NCBI GenBank assembly: GCA_046351215.1
Contig: JAXLYX010000012.1
Span: 146,751 to 210,750 of the forward strand
Length of the DNA stretch: 64,000 nt
Source of the DNA: Polyangiales bacterium
GTDB lineage: Bacteria > Myxococcota_A > Polyangia > Polyangiales > Houyiibacteriaceae
Direction of reading: 5' to 3'
This document shows positions 24,087-33,531 of this stretch, one piece after another (within the stretch, counting starts at the first letter, position 1; every line of letters starts with the position of its first letter). The position numbers and the translations under genes are program-made. The notes under the pieces were generated by a model. The model made no database searches and was not told the origin of the DNA. It worked only from the letters and a program-made list of their open reading frames with translations.

Positions 24087-26135
24087 CTACGAGGCCGCGG
24101 CGCGGGCGCGCGTCCCGAAGAGCGCGTCGAGCGTCGCGAGCAGCTCGCGCGCCGCGTAGGGCTTCGCGAGGAAGCGGGTGTGGGCGTCGAGCGGGAGACG
24201 GTCCGTCGCCTCCGAGTAGCCGGAGACCACCACGACCGGGAGCTCGGGGCGATGGCGACGCACGTGCCGGAGCACCTCGAGCCCTCCGATCTTGGGCATG
24301 CGGAGGTCGAGGACGAGGGCTGCGAACCGCTCGATCCCCGCGTCGAGCTTCGCGATGGCGTCCGCACCGTCCACCGCGGACTCGACCTCGAAGCCGGCGC
24401 CCCGGAGGATCGCGGTCGTCACGTCGCGCACGCTCGGCTCGTCGTCGACGACGAGGAGCCGCCTCGTCGGGGGCACCGGCGTCTCGCGCTTCGATCGGAC
24501 CCCCGAGTCGGGAGGTGCGACGTGCTCGAGGGCATTCTCGGCCGGGACGAGGAGCGTGAAGGTCGTCCCGCGTCCTCTCGCGCTCGTCACGGCGACGCAT
24601 CCCCGATGCCCACGGAGGATCCCGAGGACGGCCGCGAGCCCGAGCCCGCGGCCGGAGGCCTTCGTCGTGAAGAACGGATCGAAGACCCGCTGGCGCGTCG
24701 TCTCGTCCATTCCGATGCCCTCGTCCCGGACGTCGATGCGCACGTACTCGGTCTCGGGATCGGGAGCGGCCGGGCGGAACTGGAGCGGCGAGTCGAGGAG
24801 GGTCGAGCCGAGCACGCGTCGTGCCTCGATGTGGATCGTGCCTCCGCGCTCGCCCATCGCATCGCCCGCGTTCGTCACGAGGTTCATGAAGACCTGCGTG
24901 AGCTGACCGCGATCGCCGAGGACGGCCGGGAGCTCCCCCTCGAGCTCGAGCTCGAGCGAGACACGCTTCGAGAGCGTCGTCGCGAGCAGCTCGCGCGTGT
25001 CCTTCAGCACCTCCTCGAGGTGCAGCGCTCGCACGTCCGCGCGCGCCCGTCCGGCGTACGTGAGGAGCTGCCGCGTGAGGTCCGCGGCACGCAGGGCCGC
25101 CTTCTGGATCGCCTCGAGGCTCGCCTTCTGGCGCGGATCGTCGCTGCCCCGCAAGAGGGCGAGCTCGGCGTTGCCGAGGATGCCGACGAGCACGTTGTTG
25201 AAGTCGTGCGCGATTCCGCCCGCGAGCACGCCGATGCTCTCGAGGCGCTGGGCCTCGAGCACGCGGAGCTCGAGCGCACGCCGCTCGGTGAGGTCCGCGA
25301 CGAGCGCGAGCGCTCCGACGTAGCTCCCGTCCGGATCGGTGACCGGGCCGGTGGACATCACGGTCCAGACGGGGCTCCCGTCCCGGTGGACGAGGCGGAA
25401 TTCGTGGTGATCCGCGATCCCCCGCTGGCGCCGACCGAGGTTGCGCAGGGTCGTGCGTCGACCCTCGTCGTCCATGAAGTCGAAGAGGGTCCGGCCGATC
25501 ATCTCGTCGGGCTCGTACCCGAGCATGCGCGACATCTGGGGGTTCACGTAGGTCGTCACGCCGGTCGCGTCGACGAGCCAGACGCCGTCGGTGCATTGCG
25601 TGACGATCATCCGGTAGAGGGCCTCGCGGCGCGCGAGCGAGGCCGCGGCGTCGAGGCGCTCGATCTCCGCGCCCGCCCGTGCGGCGAAGAGGCCGAGGAT
25701 CGACGCGAGCTCGGCGACGGGCTCGGTGGGCTCGCGTCCGAGCGCCGCGACGAGCCCGAGCGAGCGACCGTCGACGGCGCTGCGGATCGGAACGGCGAAA
25801 TACGACTCGATGCCCGCTTCGGCGAGCATCCGGTCCTCGGGGAAGGTCCGGGCGACGCCCGCCGGATGCTGGCAGGGCTCGTGCTCCGTGAGCACCTCTT
25901 CGCAGGGCGTTCCTTCGAGCGCGTAGCGCATGTCCTGGAAGCCCTCGCCGTTCCAGAACGCGAGCGTGTGGACGTGGAGCCCGTCGGGCTCGACGCGCCC
26001 GACCAGGCCCATCGGGACGCCGAAGACCTGGGCGACGCTCCGCGCGAGCGCCCGGAAGAACTCGGCGCCCGTGACGGTGGCCGTCGCCTCGTGCAACAGC
26101 TTCACCGCCCGATCGACCGGGAGCGGCCCGTGCAT
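24087..26135 (-). CDS. Hybrid sensor histidine kinase / response regulator (GAF-PAS-HisKA-HATPase-REC)
   Basis: 682 aa. H-box GGIAHDFNNVLVGILGNAEL, N-box NLVTNAGDAM, G-boxes DEGIGM and GRGLGLA. C-terminal receiver LLVVDDEPSV...LDLRMPKIGG...KP. Confidence 0.9.
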   Translation of the reverse strand: MHGPLPVDRAVKLLHEATATVTGAEFFRALARSVAQVFGVPMGLVGRVEPDGLHVHTLAFWNGEGFQDMRYALEGTPCEEVLTEHEPCQHPAGVARTFPEDRMLAEAGIESYFAVPIRSAVDGRSLGLVAALGREPTEPVAELASILGLFAARAGAEIERLDAAASLARREALYRMIVTQCTDGVWLVDATGVTTYVNPQMSRMLGYEPDEMIGRTLFDFMDDEGRRTTLRNLGRRQRGIADHHEFRLVHRDGSPVWTVMSTGPVTDPDGSYVGALALVADLTERRALELRVLEAQRLESIGVLAGGIAHDFNNVLVGILGNAELALLRGSDDPRQKASLEAIQKAALRAADLTRQLLTYAGRARADVRALHLEEVLKDTRELLATTLSKRVSLELELEGELPAVLGDRGQLTQVFMNLVTNAGDAMGERGGTIHIEARRVLGSTLLDSPLQFRPAAPDPETEYVRIDVRDEGIGMDETTRQRVFDPFFTTKASGRGLGLAAVLGILRGHRGCVAVTSARGRGTTFTLLVPAENALEHVAPPDSGVRSKRETPVPPTRRLLVVDDEPSVRDVTTAILRGAGFEVESAVDGADAIAKLDAGIERFAALVLDLRMPKIGGLEVLRHVRRHRPELPVVVVSGYSEATDRLPLDAHTRFLAKPYAARELLATLDALFGTRARAAAS

Positions 26136-26200
26136 GCGTACCCCCCTCTGCCCATCCCCATGGGCGCGAGATCAGGATACGCGAGGAAGCTCACAAGGGA

Positions 26201-26253
26201 ATGCCCCGAAGGAGGGTCCATCCACGTTCATGGAGGGACCCTCCCCGGGGCAT
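26201..26253 (-). terminator. Long imperfect hairpin downstream of the Cys-repeat lipoprotein gene
   Basis: Paired segments ATGCCCCG/CGGGGCAT (8 bp), GGAGGGTCC/GGACCCTCC (9 bp) and TCCA/TGGA (4 bp) around a 6-nt loop. It lies 42 nt after the stop at 26295 on the minus strand and is followed by a T-rich TCCCTTGT. It could also be a structured RNA element. Confidence 0.4.
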
Positions 26254-26294
26254 GCCGTGCGCAGTGACGTATCAGCTCGGAAGGCGAGCAGAGA

Positions 26295-27404
26295 TCAGTA
26301 GGGGACGCAGATCGACACGCCGAACGGCAGGCTCGGGACGTCCTTCATGTCGGCGCAGCGGAAGCCGTAGCCGCACTGAGCGTCGGTGGTGCAGCGCTCG
26401 ACGCAGACCTGCATGGTGTTGCCGACGACGCCCGCCGGCGCGCAGTAGCCGTTCTGGCCGTTGAGGCTGAGCGGGCAGACCGCATCGGACGCGCACGCGA
26501 TGGTGCAGATGCTCTGCGAGGCCATGTTGTTGCTGTTCGGCAGCTTCGCGTCGAGCTGCTCGCAGCGGGTGAGGCCGGTGTCGCACTCCGTCAGCGTGGT
26601 GCAGATGTCGTAGGCCTTCTGTCGCGGCACACCGGCGCCCGAGCCCGGCACGCAGAGGCGGGTGCCTGCGGGCTCCGTGCTGTGCGTCGACAGCTGGGTC
26701 GAGTCGAGGCAGGTGCTGCCCGCCTGGCAATCCGCGTTCGTGTAGCAGCGCGGGACGCAGGTCTGCATGTTGTTGCCGAGGAAGCCGTAGGGCGCGCAGT
26801 AGCCGTACTGACCGTTGGCGCCGATCGGGCAGAAGGCGTCGCCCGCGCAGGCGACGGTGCAGAGGGTCGTGGAGACGGCTCCGGCGCCCCAGTCGGCGGC
26901 GAAGTACTGGCAGCGGGTCGCGTCCGCGCTGCAGTTCTTGAGGTCGTTGTTGCACGACTGGTACATCGTCGAGCTCGCCGGCGGCTCGCCCGGGACGCAG
27001 ACGCGCGTTCCGTAGGGCACCTGGGCGCCGGTCGAGAGCTGCTGCGCGTCGAGGCAGGACCAACCCGGATCGCAGTCGTTGTTCGTGTAGCAGCGCGGGA
27101 GACAGGTCTGCATGCTGTTGCCGAGGACGGCCGTCGTGGTGCAGTAGCCGTTCTGGCCGTTCGGACCGATCGGACAGTTCGCGTCGGTGGCGCAGGCGAT
27201 CGTGCAGATCGACGAGCTCGCCACGCCGGAGCCCCAGTTGATCGAGAAGTCCTGACACCGCGTGGCGTTCAGGTCGCAGCTCGAGAGCGTGCTGCACTCG
27301 GAGTAGAGTGGCGCGCCGCCCGTCCCGGACGAGTTCGTGACCACGCAGCCGGTCATCGAGACGGCAGCGCAAGCGATTGCGAGCAGCGTTGAACGCAAGT
27401 TCAT
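26295..27404 (-). CDS. Lipoprotein composed of three tandem 12-cysteine repeats, unknown family
   Basis: 369 aa. Signal plus lipobox MNLRSTLLAIACAAVSMTGC. Three repeats of about 106-117 aa with a conserved Cys spacing. Natural composition (N, Q, T, S, Y rich). Confidence 0.8.
   Translation of the reverse strand: MNLRSTLLAIACAAVSMTGCVVTNSSGTGGAPLYSECSTLSSCDLNATRCQDFSINWGSGVASSSICTIACATDANCPIGPNGQNGYCTTTAVLGNSMQTCLPRCYTNNDCDPGWSCLDAQQLSTGAQVPYGTRVCVPGEPPASSTMYQSCNNDLKNCSADATRCQYFAADWGAGAVSTTLCTVACAGDAFCPIGANGQYGYCAPYGFLGNNMQTCVPRCYTNADCQAGSTCLDSTQLSTHSTEPAGTRLCVPGSGAGVPRQKAYDICTTLTECDTGLTRCEQLDAKLPNSNNMASQSICTIACASDAVCPLSLNGQNGYCAPAGVVGNTMQVCVERCTTDAQCGYGFRCADMKDVPSLPFGVSICVPY
26298..27308 (-). 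repeat. Three tandem intragenic coding repeats (about 318-351 bp each)
   Basis: Repeat boundaries: aa 33-146 (27308-26967), 147-263 (26966-26616), 264-369 (26615-26298). Repeats 1 and 2 share the spacing C-x6-C-x6-C-x16-C-x3-C-x5-C-x10-C-x12-C-x3-C-x5-C-x5-C-x18-C exactly. Repeat 3 differs only in the first three gaps and the last gap. Confidence 0.85.
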
Positions 27405-27506
27405 GTTCCAGTCTCCCTCGCCCCAAGACTACACGAGCCGGCCCGGCCCGCTATCGTCCTGTGACGCGATCGGCCTCCGGAATCTTCAACGACCACGTCG
27501 TCTTCG

Positions 27507-28535
27507 ATGCTGGAGGGAAGCGCCCCCTTCCGGGGCCTTCCTTCGTACGATGTGCGTGTGGAAATCTCCCCCCCAGCGCTCGCTTGGCCCCCCGGTGTGG
27601 ACGGCGCCGCTCGTGCGGACCTGGCCGCTCGGGCCGACATCCTGCTCGCGTCCTCGGGCCTTCCGGACGGAATCCAGCGGTGGGCTCCCTCGCTCCACCT
27701 CCCGCTCGCGGCTCGGCTCGCCGCGCAGGCGAGGGCGCTCGGCCGGACGCTCGTCGTCGGCGTCCAGGGCGCGCAGGGCTCGGGCAAGACGACGGCCGCG
27801 TCCGCCCTGAAGACCCTCCTCGAGGGCCTCTTCGACGTGCGCTGCGCCGCGATCTCGATCGACGACTTCTACCTCCGGAAGGAAGAGCGGGCCCGGCTCG
27901 CGTCCGAGGTCCACCCACTCTTCCGCACTCGCGGTGTGCCCGGCACACACGACGTCACGCTGGCGCTCGCGACGTTCGACCGGCTGGCCGCGTTGCCCGC
28001 GGGGGCGACGATGCGCCTCCCCGCCTTCGACAAGGCGATCGACGATCGGATGCCCGAGGACCGCTGGCCCGTGATCCGAGGGCCCGTCGACGTGGTTCTC
28101 TTCGAAGGCTGGTGCGTCGGGGTCTCACCGATGCCCGAGGCCGAGCTCGCGCTGCCCGTGAACGCGCTCGAGCGCGAGGAGGATCCCGACGGGCGCTGGC
28201 GCACGGCGATCCGCGAGGCGCTCGCCGGCCCCTATCGCGCGCTCTTCGCACGCCTCGATCGCCTCGTCGTCTTCCAGGCGCCTTCCTTCGACGTCGTGCT
28301 CGGTTGGCGTCGCGAGCAGGAACGAGCGCTGCGCCGCGTGCGCGGCAGCGACGCCGGCATGGACGACGAGGCGCTCGTCCGCTTCGTCGCCCACTACGAG
28401 CGGGTCACGCGCTGGGCGATGGTCGACCTGCCGCGGAGGGCCGACGTCCTCGTGCGTCTCGATGCCTCGCGCGTCCCGATCGCGATCGAGGCGCGCGGCT
28501 CATTCCACGCCGAGGAAGGCGAGCGTGGGCGGTAG
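27507..28535 (+). CDS. P-loop kinase, D-glycerate 3-kinase-like family
   Basis: 342 aa. Walker A VGVQGAQGSGKTT followed by ISIDDFYL and LFEGWCVG, as in glycerate-3-kinase / uridine-kinase-like P-loop kinases. The roughly 85-aa N-terminal region is unassigned. The 3' end overlaps the convergent hydrolase gene by 36 nt. Confidence 0.7.
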   Translation: MLEGSAPFRGLPSYDVRVEISPPALAWPPGVDGAARADLAARADILLASSGLPDGIQRWAPSLHLPLAARLAAQARALGRTLVVGVQGAQGSGKTTAASALKTLLEGLFDVRCAAISIDDFYLRKEERARLASEVHPLFRTRGVPGTHDVTLALATFDRLAALPAGATMRLPAFDKAIDDRMPEDRWPVIRGPVDVVLFEGWCVGVSPMPEAELALPVNALEREEDPDGRWRTAIREALAGPYRALFARLDRLVVFQAPSFDVVLGWRREQERALRRVRGSDAGMDDEALVRFVAHYERVTRWAMVDLPRRADVLVRLDASRVPIAIEARGSFHAEEGERGR

Positions 28536-29438
28536 GAACCGCTCGACCGCGTCCACGTGCGCGAAGTGGGATGCCCGCGGGAGCCAGACGAGCTCGGCGT
28601 CGGGCACGAGGGCGTGGAGGCGCGTGCCGACCGAGGGAGGCACCATCGGATCCCGCTCCGCGTAGAGGAGCACGAGAGGGATCGGGAACGCCTCGCGGCG
28701 CGCGCGCCGGGACTCGAGGCGATCCTCGAAGTCGCCGAAGTCGGACGGATCCATCGTCTCCCGCAGGATGCGCGCGAACGCGTGCAGACCGTCCGGCGTC
28801 GCGAGCGGCGCACCGTACACGTCGAGCTCCTCGATCGATTTCAGCGACTCGTCGTAGTAGTGGACGTTCCGCTGGATCCAGGTGCGGAGGTCCTGACGCA
28901 CGGCCGTCGCGAGGACCCGCTCGGCGAAGGGGAGCGACATCGCCGTGCGGAGCGCGTAGAAGCGCGGCATCGGAACCGCCGGCGAGTGCAGGTTCACGAG
29001 GCGAGCGATGGCGCCCGGATCGTCGAGCGCGAGGAGCATGGAGAGGTAGCCGCCGAGCGAATTGCCGATCACGTCGCAGCCGCGGATCCCGACGGCCCTC
29101 TGGAAGTCCGCGATCGAGCTCGCGAGCGCGCGGGCGCGGTAGGGACGATCGGGCTTTTCGGACATGCCCTGGCCCACGAGGTCGGGGACGTAGACCGTGA
29201 AATGCCTCGCGAGCGGCTCGATGACGTAGCGGAACGAGTAGCCGCTCGTCATGAGGCCGTGCACGAGCAGGAGCGGAGGGCCTTCGCCGAGCCGACGATA
29301 CGCGATGCGATGGCGGCCGAACGCCGACGACTCGACCAGCACGTCGAGCACCGGGAGCTCGAGGAAGCGGTGCGGGATGCGGGGACGGAGAGGGAGCGCC
29401 GAGACGGGGAGCGTGGCGAACGGGGCGGAGGGCGGCAC
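28500..29438 (-). CDS. Alpha/beta-fold hydrolase
   Basis: 312 aa, GTG start (uncertain). HG oxyanion motif LLLVHGLMTSG and nucleophile elbow GNSLGG. C-terminal ASHFAHVD supplies the catalytic His. Confidence 0.85.
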   Translation of the reverse strand: MPPSAPFATLPVSALPLRPRIPHRFLELPVLDVLVESSAFGRHRIAYRRLGEGPPLLLVHGLMTSGYSFRYVIEPLARHFTVYVPDLVGQGMSEKPDRPYRARALASSIADFQRAVGIRGCDVIGNSLGGYLSMLLALDDPGAIARLVNLHSPAVPMPRFYALRTAMSLPFAERVLATAVRQDLRTWIQRNVHYYDESLKSIEELDVYGAPLATPDGLHAFARILRETMDPSDFGDFEDRLESRRARREAFPIPLVLLYAERDPMVPPSVGTRLHALVPDAELVWLPRASHFAHVDAVERFLPPTLAFLGVE

Positions 29439-29471
29439 GGCGGCATCCTACCGGATGCCCGACCCGTCGCG

Positions 29472-30836
29472 TCAGAGTTCGTTGGGCAGCCAGGGCGGCG
29501 TCGAAGGGGGCCGCGAGGTCGGCTTCCGGACCGGGAGCGACACGCCGAAGCACGAGCCCACGCCGAGCGTGCTCCGGACGTCGACCCGGGCCCCGAGCAC
29601 CTCGGCGAGGCGCTTCACCAGCGCGAGGCCGAGCCCGACCCCCCCGTGCTCGCGCTCCGCGGAGCCGTCGACCTGGCGGAACGGCTCGAAGATCCGCTCG
29701 AGGTCCCCGTCCGGGATGCCCTCGCCGGTGTCCTCGACCTCGAACCTCACGTGGGTCGAGCCCTCGCGTTTCGCGCGGATCGTGATCTTCCCACCGTCCG
29801 CGGTGAACTTGATCGCGTTCGACACGAGGTTCATCAGGATCTGGACCAGCTTTCCCCGATCGGTCTCGACGATCGGGAGGTCGCGCTCCGCCACGAGATC
29901 GAGGACGAGGTCGCGCGTGCCGATGACGCCGCGGCCGCTCGCCACGATGCGCTCGAGGAGCTCGTCGAGATCGACGGCGCCCCGCTCGAGCACCAGCTTC
30001 CCCGCCTCGGCGCGCGAGAGCGCGAGGATGTCGTCGACGAGCGCGAGCAGCGATTGGGCGCTCCGCTTGATCTCCGCCTGGGCCCGCTTCTGCTTCTCGC
30101 TGACCTCTCCGTAGATGCCCGACGCGACGAGGTCCGAGAGACCGCAGATGCCGTGGATGGGCGTGCGGAGCTCGTGCGTCACGTTGGCCATGAAGAGGCT
30201 CTTCTCCTTGCTCGCCTCGACCAGCGCGCGCGTCTTCTGCTCGAGCGCGATCTGCTTCTCGCGGAGCTCCCTCAGGATCGCCGCCGTGAAGAACGTCGGG
30301 ATCGCGAGCACGAAGAGCCCGAGCACGAGGAGCATGAAGACGTAGCCCGACGTCACCTGCCCGTGGTCGATCGCCGGAGGCGAGAGGGGCGGCAGGATCC
30401 CGAGCGAGACCGCGCTCAACATCGACGCGTAGAGCACGAAGACCGTGCTCGCGACGAGGATCGTCACGCGGAGGTTGCTGAGGAGCGCGACGACCGTGAG
30501 CTCGATCGTGTAGATCGCGAAGAGCGGCGAGAGCGGACCGCCCGTGAGGTAGATGGCCCACGTGAGCGCGATGCAGTCGGCGAGCACGTTCAGGGCCGCC
30601 GCCTCGAGCACGAGGACGTTCTTCCGGAGCGACAGCCAGGCGAGCGTGTTCGTGCCGAGCTTCAGCAGCACCGGCAGGAAGTAGACGTAGCCGAACGGGA
30701 CGAGCTCGAGGTACAGCCCCACCACGGCGAGCGCCGCGAAGAGACTGACGAGGACCAGCCCCGAGCGGACGCTGAACTCGAGCTGGGGCCTGCGCGAGGG
30801 CAGGGCCATCTCGGCGAGGAACGCCGGATAGCGCAT
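29472..30836 (-). CDS. Membrane sensor histidine kinase
   Basis: 454 aa from ATG 30836, 9 nt after the response-regulator stop. About six N-terminal TM helices. H-box ANVTHELRTPIHG, N-box NLVSNAIKFT, G-boxes DTGEGIP and GGVGLGLALV. Confidence 0.85.
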   Translation of the reverse strand: MRYPAFLAEMALPSRRPQLEFSVRSGLVLVSLFAALAVVGLYLELVPFGYVYFLPVLLKLGTNTLAWLSLRKNVLVLEAAALNVLADCIALTWAIYLTGGPLSPLFAIYTIELTVVALLSNLRVTILVASTVFVLYASMLSAVSLGILPPLSPPAIDHGQVTSGYVFMLLVLGLFVLAIPTFFTAAILRELREKQIALEQKTRALVEASKEKSLFMANVTHELRTPIHGICGLSDLVASGIYGEVSEKQKRAQAEIKRSAQSLLALVDDILALSRAEAGKLVLERGAVDLDELLERIVASGRGVIGTRDLVLDLVAERDLPIVETDRGKLVQILMNLVSNAIKFTADGGKITIRAKREGSTHVRFEVEDTGEGIPDGDLERIFEPFRQVDGSAEREHGGVGLGLALVKRLAEVLGARVDVRSTLGVGSCFGVSLPVRKPTSRPPSTPPWLPNEL

Positions 30837-30844
30837 CGACTTGG

Positions 30845-31225
30845 TCAGGCCGCCTCGGCGAGGAGCTCTCTGATGCGAGCCAACATCTGCTGCATGTCGA
30901 AGGGCTTCACCATGTAGGCGTCCGCGCGGAGGCCTTCGTGGGCGTACTTGGCGCCGTGGTCCTCGTCCCGGTAGAAGGCGCTCATCAGGAGCACGGGCGT
31001 GTTCCTCCCGTGCTCCGTCCGCTTCACCTCGAAGCAGACCTCGAAGCCGTTCTTCCGCGGGAGCATCACGTCGACGAGCATGAGGTCGGGCCGATCCTTC
31101 TCGAAGCGCTCGACGCCCTCGACGCCGTTCTTGGCGCGCGTGACCGAGTAGCCGTTCGCGCCGAGGAAGTCCTCGAGGACCATCGCGCTCACGGGGTCGT
31201 CTTCGACCAACAGGATCTTCTTCAT
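30845..31225 (-). CDS. Single-domain response regulator (REC only)
   Basis: 126 aa. KILLVEDD, phospho-acceptor context LMLVDVMLPRKNG, conserved Lys in YMVKPF. No output domain. Confidence 0.9.
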   Translation of the reverse strand: MKKILLVEDDPVSAMVLEDFLGANGYSVTRAKNGVEGVERFEKDRPDLMLVDVMLPRKNGFEVCFEVKRTEHGRNTPVLLMSAFYRDEDHGAKYAHEGLRADAYMVKPFDMQQMLARIRELLAEAA

Positions 31226-31367
31226 GTCCGAGCCCTCCCCTCGTACGGCTCCCAGCGTAGATCACCCCCGCGCGTCATCCCAGTCACGGATTCGGGGTTC
31301 GCCCCATTTCCGTGGGTGGATGTGCGCATCGGTCGACGCGCTCCCCGACCTGCCGCCCGCACGGGGC

Positions 31368-33311
31368 TCAGGGCAGTACGACGGCTCCGTGCGGCGGGAC
31401 GCTGTGCCCCGCGATGCGCACGGCCTCGTCGGTCACGTCGATCGCGAGACGTCCTCCGTCCGGCAGGCGGTAGAGACTCGGAGCGACCTCCGTCGACGAG
31501 CCCGGCGTCGAGGCCCAGTCGACGACCGGATTCGCGAGCCGCGTGGGCGGCGTCTCCGGGAAGTAGTCGAGCGGGAAGGCGGGGACGCCGCCCGTGCCGA
31601 GGGACACGCGCCGTGCATCGAGGCCGAGCGATCGGCGAGCCTCCGGCAGCGTGCGCTGATCGTCCGAGAGGAAGTAGGCGCCCCCCGAGAGCGCGACGAC
31701 CCAGGAGCCCACGTCCACCTCGTCGGTCGTCATCTCGGCGCCCCCCATCCGCTGGATCAGCGGGTCGGCGTCGCAGAGGATCCGCGTGCAGAGCGGGTAC
31801 CGGAGCGCGACGCTGCGGAGCTGATCGACGGTGAACGACCACATCGGGCCGATCGGCTCGAGCACGATGTCGCCGCCGACGCGCCAGGCGTTCACGTGCG
31901 GCAGGGTGGCCTGTCCCGGCGCGCCGACCGCGAGGAGGATCGTGTCCGGGCCGGCGGCGGTCCGGATCGTCTCGAGCGCGAGGTGGTACGCCTGGAAGCC
32001 CGTGACCGCCTGCGCGCGCGTGTCCTCGAGCGCCGCGGCGAAGAGGAAGTCGATCTTCAGGAAGTCGTAGCCCCACGCGACGATCGTCGAGATCACGCTC
32101 GCGAGGTGCGCGCGCGCGTCGGGCTGCGTGACGTCGAGGACGCGCATGTCGCCGTGCTTCGGATGCACGTAGCGGGCGTTCGGAAGGAACCAGTCGGGAT
32201 GGGCCGAGACGAGCGTGGAGTCGGCGTCGACCAGCATCGGTGCGAGCCAGACGCCGACCTCGAAGCCCTGGCCGTGCAGATCCGCGGCGAGACCCGAGAG
32301 CCCTCGCGGGAACTTCGCGTTCGGTGTCCACTCGCCCCAGAGCATCTGCCATCCGTCGTCGACGACGATGCGCAGCTTGCTGCCGGCCGGGGCGAGCGGG
32401 GCCAGCCGCTCCCGCGCGAGCGTCGCGTTCGCGAGCACGTCGGCCTCCGACACCGTGTCGAAGAGCTGGTACCAGGAGTTCCAACCGACGTCGGCCCGCG
32501 TCCGCTCGGGGCGTCCGTCGTCGAAGGTCGGCAGGGAGCGACCGTACGCGGTCAGGACGGTCTCCGCCGAGCCGGCGTCGAGCCGGAACGTCTCGCCCTC
32601 GACGACGCCGCCGGCCGCCACGGAGACGCTCTCGCCGGCCATCCCGCTCACGGCGCGGATCGCGAACGTCGGGCTCGACGGATCATCGCGCGTGAGCTGG
32701 ACCCAGGGCTTCCATCGCGCGGTCGTCGTGGCGCCGACGAGGAGCGTCGGGCCGCCGCCGCCGACGGCGGTCCAGAACCACGAGAGCTGCTTCCCGTCCG
32801 AGAACCGGTTGTTGTCGAGGTTGTGCAGGGCGAGGTCGACGTCCTCGTCGGTCGGGGTCGGCGGGATCGCGATCACCCCGCTCGCCGACCAGGACTGGAA
32901 GCCGTCGACGACCATGCCGCGCTCGCCGCGCACGTAGCCTTCGCCGACGAGCGCGAGCGCCGTCACCGTCGCCGGCGTCGAAGCGACGAAGCGCGCGCGA
33001 ACCGTCGACGTCGCGGGATCGTGCACGAGCTCCACCACACCGGCCCCGCCGGCCGGGCAGGACACCACGTCGCCGCTCACGGCGCAGCCACCGTCGAGCC
33101 CCGCGCCGTGCCATTCGGTCCCCACGCGCACCGACGGGAGGAGGCGGAGCGCTTCGTCCGAGCACCTGTGGCCGAAGTAGAAGCCCGATTCCGACGTGGG
33201 CCCGCAGCCGAGCGGAGTCGGCGCTTCGTCGCCGCAGCCCGCGCTCGCCGTCGCGAGCGTGAACGCGGTGGTCAGGGGGAGCAGCGCGGCGATCGAGCGG
33301 GGCGTTCTCAT
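31368..33311 (-). CDS. Lipoprotein alpha-galactosidase-like glycoside hydrolase (GH27/GH36 clan)
   Basis: 647 aa from ATG 33311. Signal plus lipobox LTTAFTLATASAGC. Catalytic-domain hallmarks GWNSWY, IVVDDGWQ and YDFLKIDF. The upstream 177 aa of the track ORF are non-natural. Confidence 0.8.
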   Translation of the reverse strand: MRTPRSIAALLPLTTAFTLATASAGCGDEAPTPLGCGPTSESGFYFGHRCSDEALRLLPSVRVGTEWHGAGLDGGCAVSGDVVSCPAGGAGVVELVHDPATSTVRARFVASTPATVTALALVGEGYVRGERGMVVDGFQSWSASGVIAIPPTPTDEDVDLALHNLDNNRFSDGKQLSWFWTAVGGGGPTLLVGATTTARWKPWVQLTRDDPSSPTFAIRAVSGMAGESVSVAAGGVVEGETFRLDAGSAETVLTAYGRSLPTFDDGRPERTRADVGWNSWYQLFDTVSEADVLANATLARERLAPLAPAGSKLRIVVDDGWQMLWGEWTPNAKFPRGLSGLAADLHGQGFEVGVWLAPMLVDADSTLVSAHPDWFLPNARYVHPKHGDMRVLDVTQPDARAHLASVISTIVAWGYDFLKIDFLFAAALEDTRAQAVTGFQAYHLALETIRTAAGPDTILLAVGAPGQATLPHVNAWRVGGDIVLEPIGPMWSFTVDQLRSVALRYPLCTRILCDADPLIQRMGGAEMTTDEVDVGSWVVALSGGAYFLSDDQRTLPEARRSLGLDARRVSLGTGGVPAFPLDYFPETPPTRLANPVVDWASTPGSSTEVAPSLYRLPDGGRLAIDVTDEAVRIAGHSVPPHGAVVLP

Positions 33312-33531
33312 GCCGCCAGGATATCCGAAGCCTCTCGGCGCTCGTCGCGTGCGCGCTCGAAGCCTCTTCCCCCGCCCCACAACGTCGTACACGCGTGAGC
33401 ACGGGAGCGCGTTCGCTCGCGACATCGCACGTGCCGTCGTGAGACCATCGATCCCCAGTTGGGAAGGGCGGCGCTCGGAGCGCCGTACCTCGTGCCATGC
33501 GTCGTCCATCGACGCGAGGGGAGGCGGGACC

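Noticed and set aside
23385-26267. 960-aa plus-strand ORF and 730-aa minus-strand ORF (23404-25596) over the hybrid kinase region.
   Set aside because: The kinase frame (24087-26135, minus) contains the H, N and G boxes and a receiver domain. The alternatives are Arg/Pro/Gly-rich without motifs.
28500-28535. 36-nt convergent overlap of the kinase and alpha/beta-hydrolase 3' ends. There is a similar 14-nt overlap at 34811-34824.
   Set aside because: I considered a frameshift or mis-called stop, but both frames read naturally to their stops. Short convergent overlaps are common in compact high-GC genomes, so this is not evidence of anything unusual.
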